DNA from: an uncultured Gammaproteobacteria bacterium
Lineage (GTDB): Bacteria > Patescibacteriota > Patescibacteriia > SBBC01 > CAIJZX01
Length of the DNA stretch: 64,000 nt
NCBI GenBank assembly: GCA_964397195.1
Contig: CAYNGY010000001.1
Location: 376,326-440,325, forward strand
Reading direction: 5' to 3'
In this document: positions 37,741-46,304 of the stretch, piece after piece
Layout: every line of letters starts with the position of its first letter
How positions within the stretch are numbered: position 1 is the stretch's first letter
Made by a program: the position numbers and the translations under genes
The notes under the pieces: generated by a model
Seen by the model: only the letters and a program-made list of their open reading frames with translations
Told to the model about the DNA's origin: nothing
The model's database searches: none

Positions 37741-37790
37741 TACAAAATCGACTTGCTTTGACGTTCCATTTGTGGTAGCGTGCGGGGGCT

Positions 37791-40490
37791 ATGAGCATCC
37801 TCGGGAAACTCTTTGGAGACGCAAATACGAAGGCCGTCAAAGATCTTCAGCCACTGGTTGATGCAATCAACGCCGAAAAAGCGGCCGCGGCCGCCCGCAG
37901 CCTCGATCAGATCAAGGCGCGGATGCTCGAACTGCGCACCCAGGTGGGCGGCGATTCGAAGCACCTCGACGCGATCCTGCCGGAGGTTTTTGCCTTAACG
38001 CGTGAAGCCTCGAAGCGCACCATCGGTCTCGAGCATTTTGATGTCCAAATGATCGGCGGGATTACGCTCCACCGCGGTCAAATTTCGGAAATGCGAACTG
38101 GCGAAGGAAAAACTCTTGTCGCCACGACTGCCGTGGCGCTCAACGCCCTAACCGGGCTCGGCGTGCACGTCGTGACGGTCAACGATTACCTCGCCCGGCG
38201 CGACGCTGGCTGGATGGGCGCGGTCTACAATGCGCTCGGTCTAACGGTCGGGATAATCATTCATGAGCAGGCGTTCCAATACGATGCCGACTTTACGAAT
38301 CCTGATGCCCTCGAAGAACGCACACTCCATCTGCGCCCGATTGAACGACAACAAGCCTACGCCTGCGATATCACCTACGGGACGAATAACGAGTTTGGTT
38401 TCGACTACCTCCGCGACAACATGATTCCGGACCAGAAATATATGGTCCAACGGCCGTTTTATTACGCCATTGTCGATGAAGTAGACTCCATTTTAATCGA
38501 CGAAGCGCGAACGCCATTAATTATTTCCGCGCCAGCTGAAGAATCAACCGAACGATACCGACAATTCGCCCAAATTGTGACCACGCTCGATGCGGCGACC
38601 GACTATGCCATTGACGAAAAGCTACGCGCCGCAACGCTGACCGAGTCCGGGATCACCAAAGTTGAGAAGGCGCTTCATCTCGATAACTTGTATGCCGCCG
38701 GGGGCGTTGAGCTCGTTCATCATCTCGAGCAGGCGCTCAAAGCGCGCACCTTGTTCACCCTTGATAAAGATTATGTCGTCAAAGACGGAGAAGTTATCAT
38801 CGTTGATGAATTTACCGGCCGCTTGATGCATGGGCGACGCTACTCCGAAGGGCTCCACCAGGCGATCGAAGCGAAAGAAGGGCTCGACGTCAAACAAGAA
38901 AATTTGACCATGGCCACGGTTACCTTGCAAAACCTGTTTCGGATGTACCCGAAATTAGCTGGCATGACCGGGACCGCTGCCTCTGAAGCCGAAGAATTCC
39001 ACAAAATTTACAACCTTGACGTGACAGTCATCCCGACGAATCGGCCCATGGTGCGCAAAGACGCGCAGGATAGCGTCTACAAAAACGAGCAGGGGAAATT
39101 CATGGCCGTCGTCCGGGAAATCAAACGTCGTCAGGAATCCGGTCAGCCGGTACTCGTCGGCACGATTTCGATTGAGAAGAATGAACTGTTGTCTGAACTA
39201 TTGACCCGTGAGGGCGTGACCCACGAAGTCCTGAACGCCAAGAACCACGAACGCGAAGCGCAGATTATCGCCCAAGCTGGTCGCCCGGGTGCGGTCACCT
39301 TGGCCACGAACATCGCCGGTCGCGGCGTTGACATCATCCTCGGCGGGACGCCTCCCACGCCCGAGGCGGCGGAAAAAGCCAAGCAGGCCGGCGGTCTCCA
39401 CGTCCTCGGTACCGAGCGACATGAGTCACGACGTATCGATAACCAACTTCGTGGACGTTCCGGACGGCAAGGTGACCCGGGGTCAAGTCAGTTCTTTGTG
39501 TCGATGGAAGATGACCTGATGCGCATCTTCGGGTCTGATCGGATGAAATCGCTGATGGATCGGATGGGTGTGCCGGATGATATGCCAATTGAATCGGGGA
39601 TCGTTAGCCGCTCGATTGAGCAAGCCCAGAAAAAAGTCGAAGGTCACAACTTTGATACTCGGAAGCATCTCGTCGAATACGATGACGTCATGAATAAACA
39701 CCGCGAGGTCATCTACAAACGGCGACGGGAGATTCTCGTCGGGCCCGCGGCGGACATGATTCCGAAAGTGAAAGAGATAGTCGAAAAAGAAATTCATCAC
39801 GTCGTGGCCTTCCACACCGCCGCCGAGCACGTCCACGACTGGGACCTCGACGCGGTCTACAACGCTATCAACGCCATGTGCGTCTTGGAAGTGAAGGATC
39901 GGTTAGCGCTGGAGGAGCTGAAAGGTGGTGACGGCCTGTCCGACGCGGCGGCCCGAACGAAAATTATCGAACGCCTCGTCGCCCACGCCAATGCCTCGCT
40001 TGATGATCTTGCTAGCCAGGCCCCAGACCCGGCAGTTTTCCCCGAGGTGGTGCGGAATGTGATGTTACGAACGATCGATCAGCTCTGGGTCGAGCACCTC
40101 GAGCACGTCGATCGTTTGCGTGAGGGGATTGGGCTTCGTGGCTACGCCCAGCGCGAACCGCTGGTGGAATACAAGAAAGAAGCCTACGAACTCTTCTCCC
40201 GCTTAATTCACTCGATCAATACCCAGATCGCCAACACGATCTTTAAGGTCACCATTGCCCCAGCCTCACAAATGGCCGCCCAACCGAAACAGAATCTGCA
40301 ACTCTCCGCCCCGCAGAAAGAAGCGACGGAAAACCGCTCGTCCATCGGACTCAAATTCGACAACCCGATCGTGCATGGCGTCGATATTTCGAAAGTTGGC
40401 CGAAATGACGAGTGCCCGTGCGGTTCAGGCAAGAAGTTCAAGAAATGCTACTTAGCAAACGACCCCGGCTGTAAACTGCGCCAGGGCTAA
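37791..40490 (+). CDS. secA: Preprotein translocase ATPase SecA
   Basis: It is 899 aa with the DEAD motor motifs. The C-terminal zinc finger is CPCGSGKKFKKCY. Confidence 0.95.
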   Translation: MSILGKLFGDANTKAVKDLQPLVDAINAEKAAAAARSLDQIKARMLELRTQVGGDSKHLDAILPEVFALTREASKRTIGLEHFDVQMIGGITLHRGQISEMRTGEGKTLVATTAVALNALTGLGVHVVTVNDYLARRDAGWMGAVYNALGLTVGIIIHEQAFQYDADFTNPDALEERTLHLRPIERQQAYACDITYGTNNEFGFDYLRDNMIPDQKYMVQRPFYYAIVDEVDSILIDEARTPLIISAPAEESTERYRQFAQIVTTLDAATDYAIDEKLRAATLTESGITKVEKALHLDNLYAAGGVELVHHLEQALKARTLFTLDKDYVVKDGEVIIVDEFTGRLMHGRRYSEGLHQAIEAKEGLDVKQENLTMATVTLQNLFRMYPKLAGMTGTAASEAEEFHKIYNLDVTVIPTNRPMVRKDAQDSVYKNEQGKFMAVVREIKRRQESGQPVLVGTISIEKNELLSELLTREGVTHEVLNAKNHEREAQIIAQAGRPGAVTLATNIAGRGVDIILGGTPPTPEAAEKAKQAGGLHVLGTERHESRRIDNQLRGRSGRQGDPGSSQFFVSMEDDLMRIFGSDRMKSLMDRMGVPDDMPIESGIVSRSIEQAQKKVEGHNFDTRKHLVEYDDVMNKHREVIYKRRREILVGPAADMIPKVKEIVEKEIHHVVAFHTAAEHVHDWDLDAVYNAINAMCVLEVKDRLALEELKGGDGLSDAAARTKIIERLVAHANASLDDLASQAPDPAVFPEVVRNVMLRTIDQLWVEHLEHVDRLREGIGLRGYAQREPLVEYKKEAYELFSRLIHSINTQIANTIFKVTIAPASQMAAQPKQNLQLSAPQKEATENRSSIGLKFDNPIVHGVDISKVGRNDECPCGSGKKFKKCYLANDPGCKLRQG

Positions 40491-40502
40491 GATTCAACAG
40501 TG

Positions 40503-40529
40503 GTCACGGTATTGGTCGTGACTTTTTTT
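40503..40529 (+). terminator. Intrinsic terminator after secA
   Basis: The hairpin is GTCACG-8 nt-CGTGAC followed by TTTTTTT. Confidence 0.7.
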
Positions 40530-40571
40530 CGTACTTCGAGTAGGATGGTGAGGAACTAACACATATTACGT

Positions 40572-41213
40572 ATGCGCATTCTCCTCGGTTTTCTCATCGT
40601 CCTGATCGGGCTGCAGATGTTTTTTGGCTCGGTCGGATTTCATAATTTCCCAACCATCGACATCTGGTGGCCGGTGATTTTGATTGCCATCGGCTTCCTA
40701 AGCTGGCGCTCAAATCCACGCCTCTACACCTGGCCGTTTTTCATGATCGCGATTGGGATCATCTTCCTGCTGACGAATCTGAATGTCATTCCGGGGAATG
40801 GCTGGAGCTATCTCTGGCCGGTGGTCCTGATTCTCGGTGGCGCACAGATTATGTTTGGTCGATCCGGTGGTATGCAGTCAGACGCGCACCAGGGAAACGG
40901 GCGCCATATTTTCGCGGCCTTCAGCGGCCGGAACGAAACGGTGGTTGGTCAGTTCAGCGCCGGTCAGGTCTCAGCTTGGTTTGGTGGGGTCAAATATGAT
41001 CTCCGACAGGCCGATCTCGCCGCGCAATCAACACTGGAAATTATGGCCGCCTTCGGTGGTGTCGAAATTCTCGTGCCGAGCAATGTGCAGGTGATTGTGA
41101 ATGTCACGCCGCTCTTTGGTGGGACGGATAACAAATCCCATGCGGATCCTACGAGTGCAAAAACGATTACCATTTCCGGGACCGCGCTGTTCGGAGGCGT
41201 TGATATCAAATAA
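40572..41213 (+). CDS. LiaF-like / DUF2154-type membrane protein (putative cell-envelope stress module)
   Basis: It has an N-terminal 4-TM region and a C-terminal repetitive beta-rich domain with FGGV repeats (AAFGGVEIL, PLFGGTD, ALFGGVDIK). Confidence 0.55.
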   Translation: MRILLGFLIVLIGLQMFFGSVGFHNFPTIDIWWPVILIAIGFLSWRSNPRLYTWPFFMIAIGIIFLLTNLNVIPGNGWSYLWPVVLILGGAQIMFGRSGGMQSDAHQGNGRHIFAAFSGRNETVVGQFSAGQVSAWFGGVKYDLRQADLAAQSTLEIMAAFGGVEILVPSNVQVIVNVTPLFGGTDNKSHADPTSAKTITISGTALFGGVDIK

Positions 41214-41230
41214 TTCATTCGTTGTCTCTG

Positions 41231-41262
41231 ACGCGTGGCCCGCTGGGCCGCGCGTTTTGTTG
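41231..41262 (+). terminator. Possible intrinsic terminator
   Basis: An 11-bp stem (ACGCGTGGCCC / GGGCCGCGCGT, one mismatch) with loop gct is followed by ttttgttg. Confidence 0.45.
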
Positions 41263-41315
41263 TCCACTTGCGCCCGCGTCGGGGAGTGGTATCGTAGAGA
41301 AGAAAGGAACGTGAT

Positions 41316-41825
41316 ATGAAACCATTCACACCGTATCTCGAAAAACTCCCGAAACGAGTCGTGCTGCAAATCACGACACACGGCGACCCAAACATCATCA
41401 CCGGTCCGGCCATGCAAGCATTGTACGGGACGGCCTATGGCACGAAGTTCAAAATCTACAAACCGAAAAAAATGAAAATGGACATCGGCCCGGTTTCAGC
41501 CTATTGGCCGGATGCGCATCTCAAGCCGAAGTCAAAATGGACCGGGATTTGGAATCTACAAATTTCTGATTTTGTGACCGCCAAGGATTTGATCCAAAAA
41601 AACCCGGACACGCCGGTCAAACGCGTCGCGGTACGGGCCGGAACATATGCGTGCATTTTGCATATCGGCACCTACGCGTCTGAGACGAAGACGATTAAAG
41701 CGCTCCATGAGTACATGAAAGCGGAGAAGTTAAAAATTGTTGGTGAGCACGAAGAGGTATACCTGAGTCGACCCGGTCCGAAGGCTAAAACAATTATTCG
41801 ATACGCCGTCAGCAAGAAAACATAG
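41316..41825 (+). CDS. GyrI-like small-molecule-binding domain protein
   Basis: It is about 170 aa. The C-terminus EEVYLSRPGPKAKTIIRYAV resembles GyrI/AraC effector-binding domains. Confidence 0.5.
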   Translation: MKPFTPYLEKLPKRVVLQITTHGDPNIITGPAMQALYGTAYGTKFKIYKPKKMKMDIGPVSAYWPDAHLKPKSKWTGIWNLQISDFVTAKDLIQKNPDTPVKRVAVRAGTYACILHIGTYASETKTIKALHEYMKAEKLKIVGEHEEVYLSRPGPKAKTIIRYAVSKKT

Positions 41826-41979
41826 CCTCGCCGTGATGTAGCCATCTCTTCTTCGAGCTCAGTGGAGAAGGGGACAGCGTGTGCAGGGGAAGACGTGGCG
41901 GCCGCCGAAAACGGACCAGTCTTGAGTGAATATTTCTAGTTCCTATCGATCGAGTCTGAGTCTATATTCCGACATGACG

Positions 41980-42008
41980 TTGACAAAAGCGCAATTTTCT
42001 GATACAAT
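41980..42008 (+). promoter_or_regulatory. Consensus sigma70 promoter
   Basis: The sequence is TTGACA, a 17-nt spacer (aaagcgcaattttctga), then TACAAT. It lies about 190 nt upstream of the 42200 ATG. Confidence 0.65.
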
Positions 42009-42080
42009 ACAATATGTTTAGGCCTACATTAGCCTAAAAACGCCCCTTCGGAAAACGCAAAAAGCAAAAATAAAACGCAA

Positions 42081-42184
42081 GCAGAGGGCATGGGAACTTC
42101 GTGTGGTGGTGAGATCACGACCATAGGAAGTTCCCACGCATCTTCAACGGAAATATCCATTTTCAATGGAGTGCGGCCCTCTGC
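42081..42184 (+). ncRNA. Structured 5' leader RNA (three-way junction), candidate cis-regulatory element
   Basis: An outer stem pairs GCAGAGGGC (42081-89) with GCCCTCTGC (42176-84). It encloses hairpin GGGAACTTC/GAAGTTCCC (42092-100/42127-35), which has a 26-nt loop. It also encloses a second hairpin CCATT-ttca-ATGG closed by CGCA/TGCG. It ends 15 nt before the start codon, which lacks an SD. Confidence 0.45.
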
Positions 42185-42199
42185 TTCCACTCTTTCAAT

Positions 42200-43582
42200 A
42201 TGAAACATTCAATCTGGGCTATCGCGGCTGTGGTCGCGATCTGTGCTGTGGTTCGTATACCACACGCCTCTGCGGCGACGTATAGTCGTACCTCGGAGCT
42301 TGTTATTCCCGCGACCGGAACCTCGGTCACGCTTTTTGATGGACGATTCACCGGGGGTGCATCGATCGCCGCGGCAGATATTACCGGTGATGGGGTTGAT
42401 GAATATATTGTTGGAGCCGGGCAGGGCAGTACGCCGATTGTCCAAGTCCTCGATGCGAATGGCGAGGTAATAACGTCATGGATGCCCTACAAAGAAAATT
42501 TTCGTGGCGGGGTGAATGTTGCCGCCGGCGATCTTGATGGTGACGGCCAAGCCGAGATCGTCACCGCGCCGCTGAGTGATGCCCCGGCCACTATTCGCGT
42601 CTTCAAAAATACCGGTGGAATTATTAGTTCATTTCGGGCTTTTGACAGTCGCTATCATGAAGGGGCGAACATCGCCGTGCTCGAGGCCATGCCTGATTCG
42701 CCGGGGCGAATTATTGTCAGCACCCGAGGCTTGCGAAAGAATGAGGCGCTCGTCTATGCGACGAACGGAAATTTGGTGCGCCGAATTTCCACCGACGTCG
42801 GGCGTGATCACCAAACCGGAGTGACGGTTGCCGCGGGATGGAGCGATGCCTGGCACGAACGAATCATTGTCTTCGGTGCGGGACGTGATAGTGCGCCGCG
42901 GGTTATGGTCTACGGACTAGATTCAAAAAAAGTCTTGCTGACCTGGATGGCATTTAAAGGAACGATGACCACTGGCGTCTCGATTAGCTATCGAAACAAT
43001 GTCGTGGCAGTCGCTCCGCTCGGCCTTGGTGTTCCGACTATTCGAACGTTCACCGCGATCGGGGATCGGATCGGCGATGTGGACGTCTTCGAGTCGACCT
43101 TCCGTGGCGGGGTGAACGTGGCCCTGTCTGCCGCTGGGTCTGGGGTGACGGTGGCGGCGGTCCCGAACAAAGCCAATCCAAGCCAGGCGAAAGTCAATGG
43201 CAAGAAAATCCTGGTTAACCTCAAGAAACAAGAATTATACCTCGTGGAAAATGGGACGGTCATTTCCACCCGACGCATCTCATCTGGCAAGTGGGGAACC
43301 CCGACGCCGGTCGGAACATTTAAGACGCGAAATAAAATAACGGTCGCGTATTCGAAACCATACAAGTTGTACATGGAATACTGGATGGCCATTACCGCCG
43401 ACGGGAAGTACGGGTTGCATTCGTTACCATATTGGAAAACAAAGAACGGAAAACTTTACGAAGGCGCCGCCCATATTGGAACACCCGTATCGCATGGGTG
43501 TATCCGCCAAACGGTGGCCGAGGCCAAGTCACTCTATGATTGGGCGCCGGTTGGCACCCCCGTCGTCATCAGCAAGGGGTAG
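42200..43582 (+). CDS. Secreted FG-GAP repeat protein with C-terminal L,D-transpeptidase (YkuD) domain
   Basis: It has a signal peptide MKHSIWAIAAVVAICAVV...ASA and FG-GAP/VCBS-like repeats (GDLDGDGQAEIV, DITGDGVDEYIV). The C-terminal catalytic region has SHGCIRQ (the HGC of LDTs). Confidence 0.8.
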   Translation: MKHSIWAIAAVVAICAVVRIPHASAATYSRTSELVIPATGTSVTLFDGRFTGGASIAAADITGDGVDEYIVGAGQGSTPIVQVLDANGEVITSWMPYKENFRGGVNVAAGDLDGDGQAEIVTAPLSDAPATIRVFKNTGGIISSFRAFDSRYHEGANIAVLEAMPDSPGRIIVSTRGLRKNEALVYATNGNLVRRISTDVGRDHQTGVTVAAGWSDAWHERIIVFGAGRDSAPRVMVYGLDSKKVLLTWMAFKGTMTTGVSISYRNNVVAVAPLGLGVPTIRTFTAIGDRIGDVDVFESTFRGGVNVALSAAGSGVTVAAVPNKANPSQAKVNGKKILVNLKKQELYLVENGTVISTRRISSGKWGTPTPVGTFKTRNKITVAYSKPYKLYMEYWMAITADGKYGLHSLPYWKTKNGKLYEGAAHIGTPVSHGCIRQTVAEAKSLYDWAPVGTPVVISKG

Positions 43583-43643
43583 CCTTGCCTGAGGGCGCCC
43601 TGCACGCTATACTGGGGACTCTGAATGTCTCGATATTTTTCGC

Positions 43644-45281
43644 ATGCGTCGTCGTAATGTATGGCTGGCCATGGCTGGCATCGTCCTCCTGACCGCCACT
43701 GTCGGATTCGTCGATTGGCCACACAGTTGGTCTTTAAACTGGGGGCCGCTCAAGCGTGATTTGAACTTGCGGCTTGGTTTAGACCTGCGAGGCGGGACGA
43801 GTTTGGTGTATCAGGCTGATGTGACGAATGTGCCCGATGCTGACCGCGGATCGGCCCTCGATGGCGTCCGCGATGTTATTGAGCGACGCGTGAACGCCTT
43901 TGGAGTCTCCGAGCCGGTTGTGCAGACGAGCCAGGTCGGTAGTCAGTATCGTGTCAGCGTTGACCTCGCCGGAATCACCGATATCTCCCAAGCAATTAAA
44001 TTGATCGGGGAAACGCCACTCCTTGAGTTCCGTGAAGCGAAGGGACTGAGTGATACTGAGGCCAAGACGAAGGCCGATGATGTTTTAAAGAAGGTCAACA
44101 CACCAAAAGCGGACTTTGGCGCCTTAGCCAAGGAATTTTCCGATGACGCCGGTTCGAAGTCGAACGGCGGTGACTTGGGGTGGGCGAAAAAAGGCACCTT
44201 TGTGACCGAGTTCGATGCGGCCCTCTTTGATCAGTTGAAGGACGGACAAGTGACGAGAGCGCCGATCAAGACGCAATTCGGCTACCATATCATCAAACGA
44301 ATTGCGACGCGGGAAACCGATCAAGATGGGACGAAGGTGACCGAGATTCACGCCGCCCATATTTTAATCATGACCGCGGATGGTGCGGCTGCGGCCGGGC
44401 AGTACACAACGACCGAATTAACCGGTAAGCAACTGAAGCGGGCCGATGTGAGCTTCGACCAACAAACCGGTCAGCCGGAAGTCGCCCTGACCTTTAGTAG
44501 CGAAGGGGCTAAGTTGTTCCAGGACATTACGAAGCGGAACATCGGAAAGATCCTCGCGATTTACCTTGATGGGTCGCCGATCAGTACACCCCAAGTGAAC
44601 CAGGAGATTGTTGGTGGCCAGGCCGTAATCAATGGGAACTTTACAGTTCAAGAAGTGAAGCAGTTGGCTCAGCGCCTGAATGCCGGGGCCTTACCCGTGC
44701 CGATCACCTTGATGAGCCAGCAAAATATCGGAGCCAGTCTCGGCAAAGAATCCGTCGAGCGGAGTGTTGCGGCCGGAATTATCGGTCTGGCGCTGGTTGC
44801 CCTCTTCATGATCTTAATGTACCGACTCCCGGGCGTAATCGCGGTAGTAGCGCTTGGCGTCTATTCCTTGTTAGTCTTAGCCATATTCAAGCTCTGGCCG
44901 GTCACCCTGACCTTGGCTGGGATCGCCGGGTATGTGCTGTCGATCGGTATGGCAGTTGATGCCAACATCCTCGTCTTTGAACGGACGAAAGAGGAATTGC
45001 GGGATGGCCGGCCGCTATTAAGTGCGATTGAAGAGGGCTTCCGACGTGCCTGGCTTTCGATTCGCGACTCGAATGTATCGAGTCTCATCACCTGTCTGAT
45101 TCTGATTTGGTTTGGTTCGAGTTTGATTAAAGGATTCGCCGTCACACTCGCCCTCGGTATTTTGGTTTCGATGTTCACCGCCTTGACTGTCAGTCGGACA
45201 TTCTTGCGAGTATCGGTTAGCCACTGGATGGAGAAGCATCTCTGGTTATTCGGACATGGGCTGACCAAGAAGGAATACTAG
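43644..45281 (+). CDS. secD: Protein translocase subunit SecD with embedded parvulin-type PPIase module
   Basis: SecD motifs (LGLDLRGGTSLVYQ) and the C-terminal 6-TM core are present. Between them lies ADFGALAKEFSDDAGSKSNGGDLGWAKKGTFVTEFDAALF...PIKTQFGYHIIKR, a clear PpiC/parvulin signature, followed by HAAHILI. Confidence 0.85.
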   Translation: MRRRNVWLAMAGIVLLTATVGFVDWPHSWSLNWGPLKRDLNLRLGLDLRGGTSLVYQADVTNVPDADRGSALDGVRDVIERRVNAFGVSEPVVQTSQVGSQYRVSVDLAGITDISQAIKLIGETPLLEFREAKGLSDTEAKTKADDVLKKVNTPKADFGALAKEFSDDAGSKSNGGDLGWAKKGTFVTEFDAALFDQLKDGQVTRAPIKTQFGYHIIKRIATRETDQDGTKVTEIHAAHILIMTADGAAAAGQYTTTELTGKQLKRADVSFDQQTGQPEVALTFSSEGAKLFQDITKRNIGKILAIYLDGSPISTPQVNQEIVGGQAVINGNFTVQEVKQLAQRLNAGALPVPITLMSQQNIGASLGKESVERSVAAGIIGLALVALFMILMYRLPGVIAVVALGVYSLLVLAIFKLWPVTLTLAGIAGYVLSIGMAVDANILVFERTKEELRDGRPLLSAIEEGFRRAWLSIRDSNVSSLITCLILIWFGSSLIKGFAVTLALGILVSMFTALTVSRTFLRVSVSHWMEKHLWLFGHGLTKKEY

Positions 45282-45282
45282 T

Positions 45283-46191
45283 ATGCTGCGAATTATTCAA
45301 AAGCGAAACTGGCTCTTCGGCTTCTCGGCGGTAGTCCTCATCCCGGGAATCGTCGCCTTGGCCGTTTTCGGTCTTAAGCTTGGGCTCGACTTCACCGGTG
45401 GCACAAAGCTGACGGCTACCTTCAGCCAAATCCGTCCAGATGGTCCGGCGGTGGCGGAAAAAATCAAGACCCTGAATATTGGCGGCGTCACCGCGCAGAC
45501 AGCAGGGGAGAAGGAGATGATTATCCGGCTGGCCACCATCACGGATGAACAGCGACAGCAAGTAAATTCGACCCTCTCGAGCGCCTATCCTGGCTACAGC
45601 GAAACAGCCTTTGATTCCGTTGGACCAACGATTGGTGCGGAGCTCCTCCGCCGCGCCATGTACGCCATCATTCTTGTGCTGGCCGCGATCGTGTTGTATA
45701 TCAGCTGGGCATTCCGAAAAGTCGGAATTGGTCCGGTGCCGGCGTGGGTCTATGGTGTATCGGCGATCATCGCCCTTGTCCACGACCTCTTCGTCGTTAT
45801 TGGCATCTTCGCTATCCTCGGTCACTACGCCGGGATCGAAGTTGATTCGTTATTCGTGACTGCGCTCTTAACCGTCCTCGGGTTCTCGGTTCATGATACC
45901 ATCGTCGTTTTCGATCGCGTTCGCGAGCGTCTCATTCGTGGGCAGGAGTCGTCCTTTGAGGAAACCGTCAACGTCAGCTTAAACCAAACGCTTGTTCGTT
46001 CGCTGGCGACGTCGTTTACCACACTTTTGGTTCTAGCGGCGCTCTATTTCTTCGGCGGTCAGTCAATCCAGAACTTTACGCTCGCCTTGTTGGTCGGTAT
46101 TGCTAGCGGGACGTATTCGTCAATCTTCGTGGCGACCCCATTATTGGTGGTTTACGATGAGTGGCGAAAACGACGTCATGGGCGTCGATAG
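45283..46191 (+). CDS. secF: Protein translocase subunit SecF
   Basis: It has the SecF architecture and motifs (FSVHDTIVVFDRVRE). Confidence 0.9.
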   Translation: MLRIIQKRNWLFGFSAVVLIPGIVALAVFGLKLGLDFTGGTKLTATFSQIRPDGPAVAEKIKTLNIGGVTAQTAGEKEMIIRLATITDEQRQQVNSTLSSAYPGYSETAFDSVGPTIGAELLRRAMYAIILVLAAIVLYISWAFRKVGIGPVPAWVYGVSAIIALVHDLFVVIGIFAILGHYAGIEVDSLFVTALLTVLGFSVHDTIVVFDRVRERLIRGQESSFEETVNVSLNQTLVRSLATSFTTLLVLAALYFFGGQSIQNFTLALLVGIASGTYSSIFVATPLLVVYDEWRKRRHGRR

Positions 46192-46253
46192 GGTTGGGGC
46201 GTAGGGCTGGCCGGGCACCGATTTCGGCCGTTATTTTATTTCACCCCAGATTC

Positions 46254-46282
46254 TTGACACCCCGGCAAATATGTGCTATATT
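46254..46282 (+). promoter_or_regulatory. Consensus sigma70 promoter
   Basis: The sequence is TTGACA, a 17-nt spacer, then TATATT. It lies about 20 nt upstream of the ATG at 46305. Confidence 0.6.
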
Positions 46283-46304
46283 ATGGATGTACGTAGATCC
46301 GGAT

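Noticed and set aside
37325-37840. 171-aa minus-strand ORF overlapping cassette 2 and the secA start
   Set aside because: The plus-strand ORF has SD, leader and terminator in the correct orientation. The minus ORF has none of these.
43583-43643. Palindrome CCTGAGGGCGCCCTGCA after the L,D-transpeptidase gene as an intrinsic terminator
   Set aside because: A perfect palindrome is present, but the nearest T-run is more than 25 nt away. The geometry is not typical of intrinsic terminators, so it was left uncalled.
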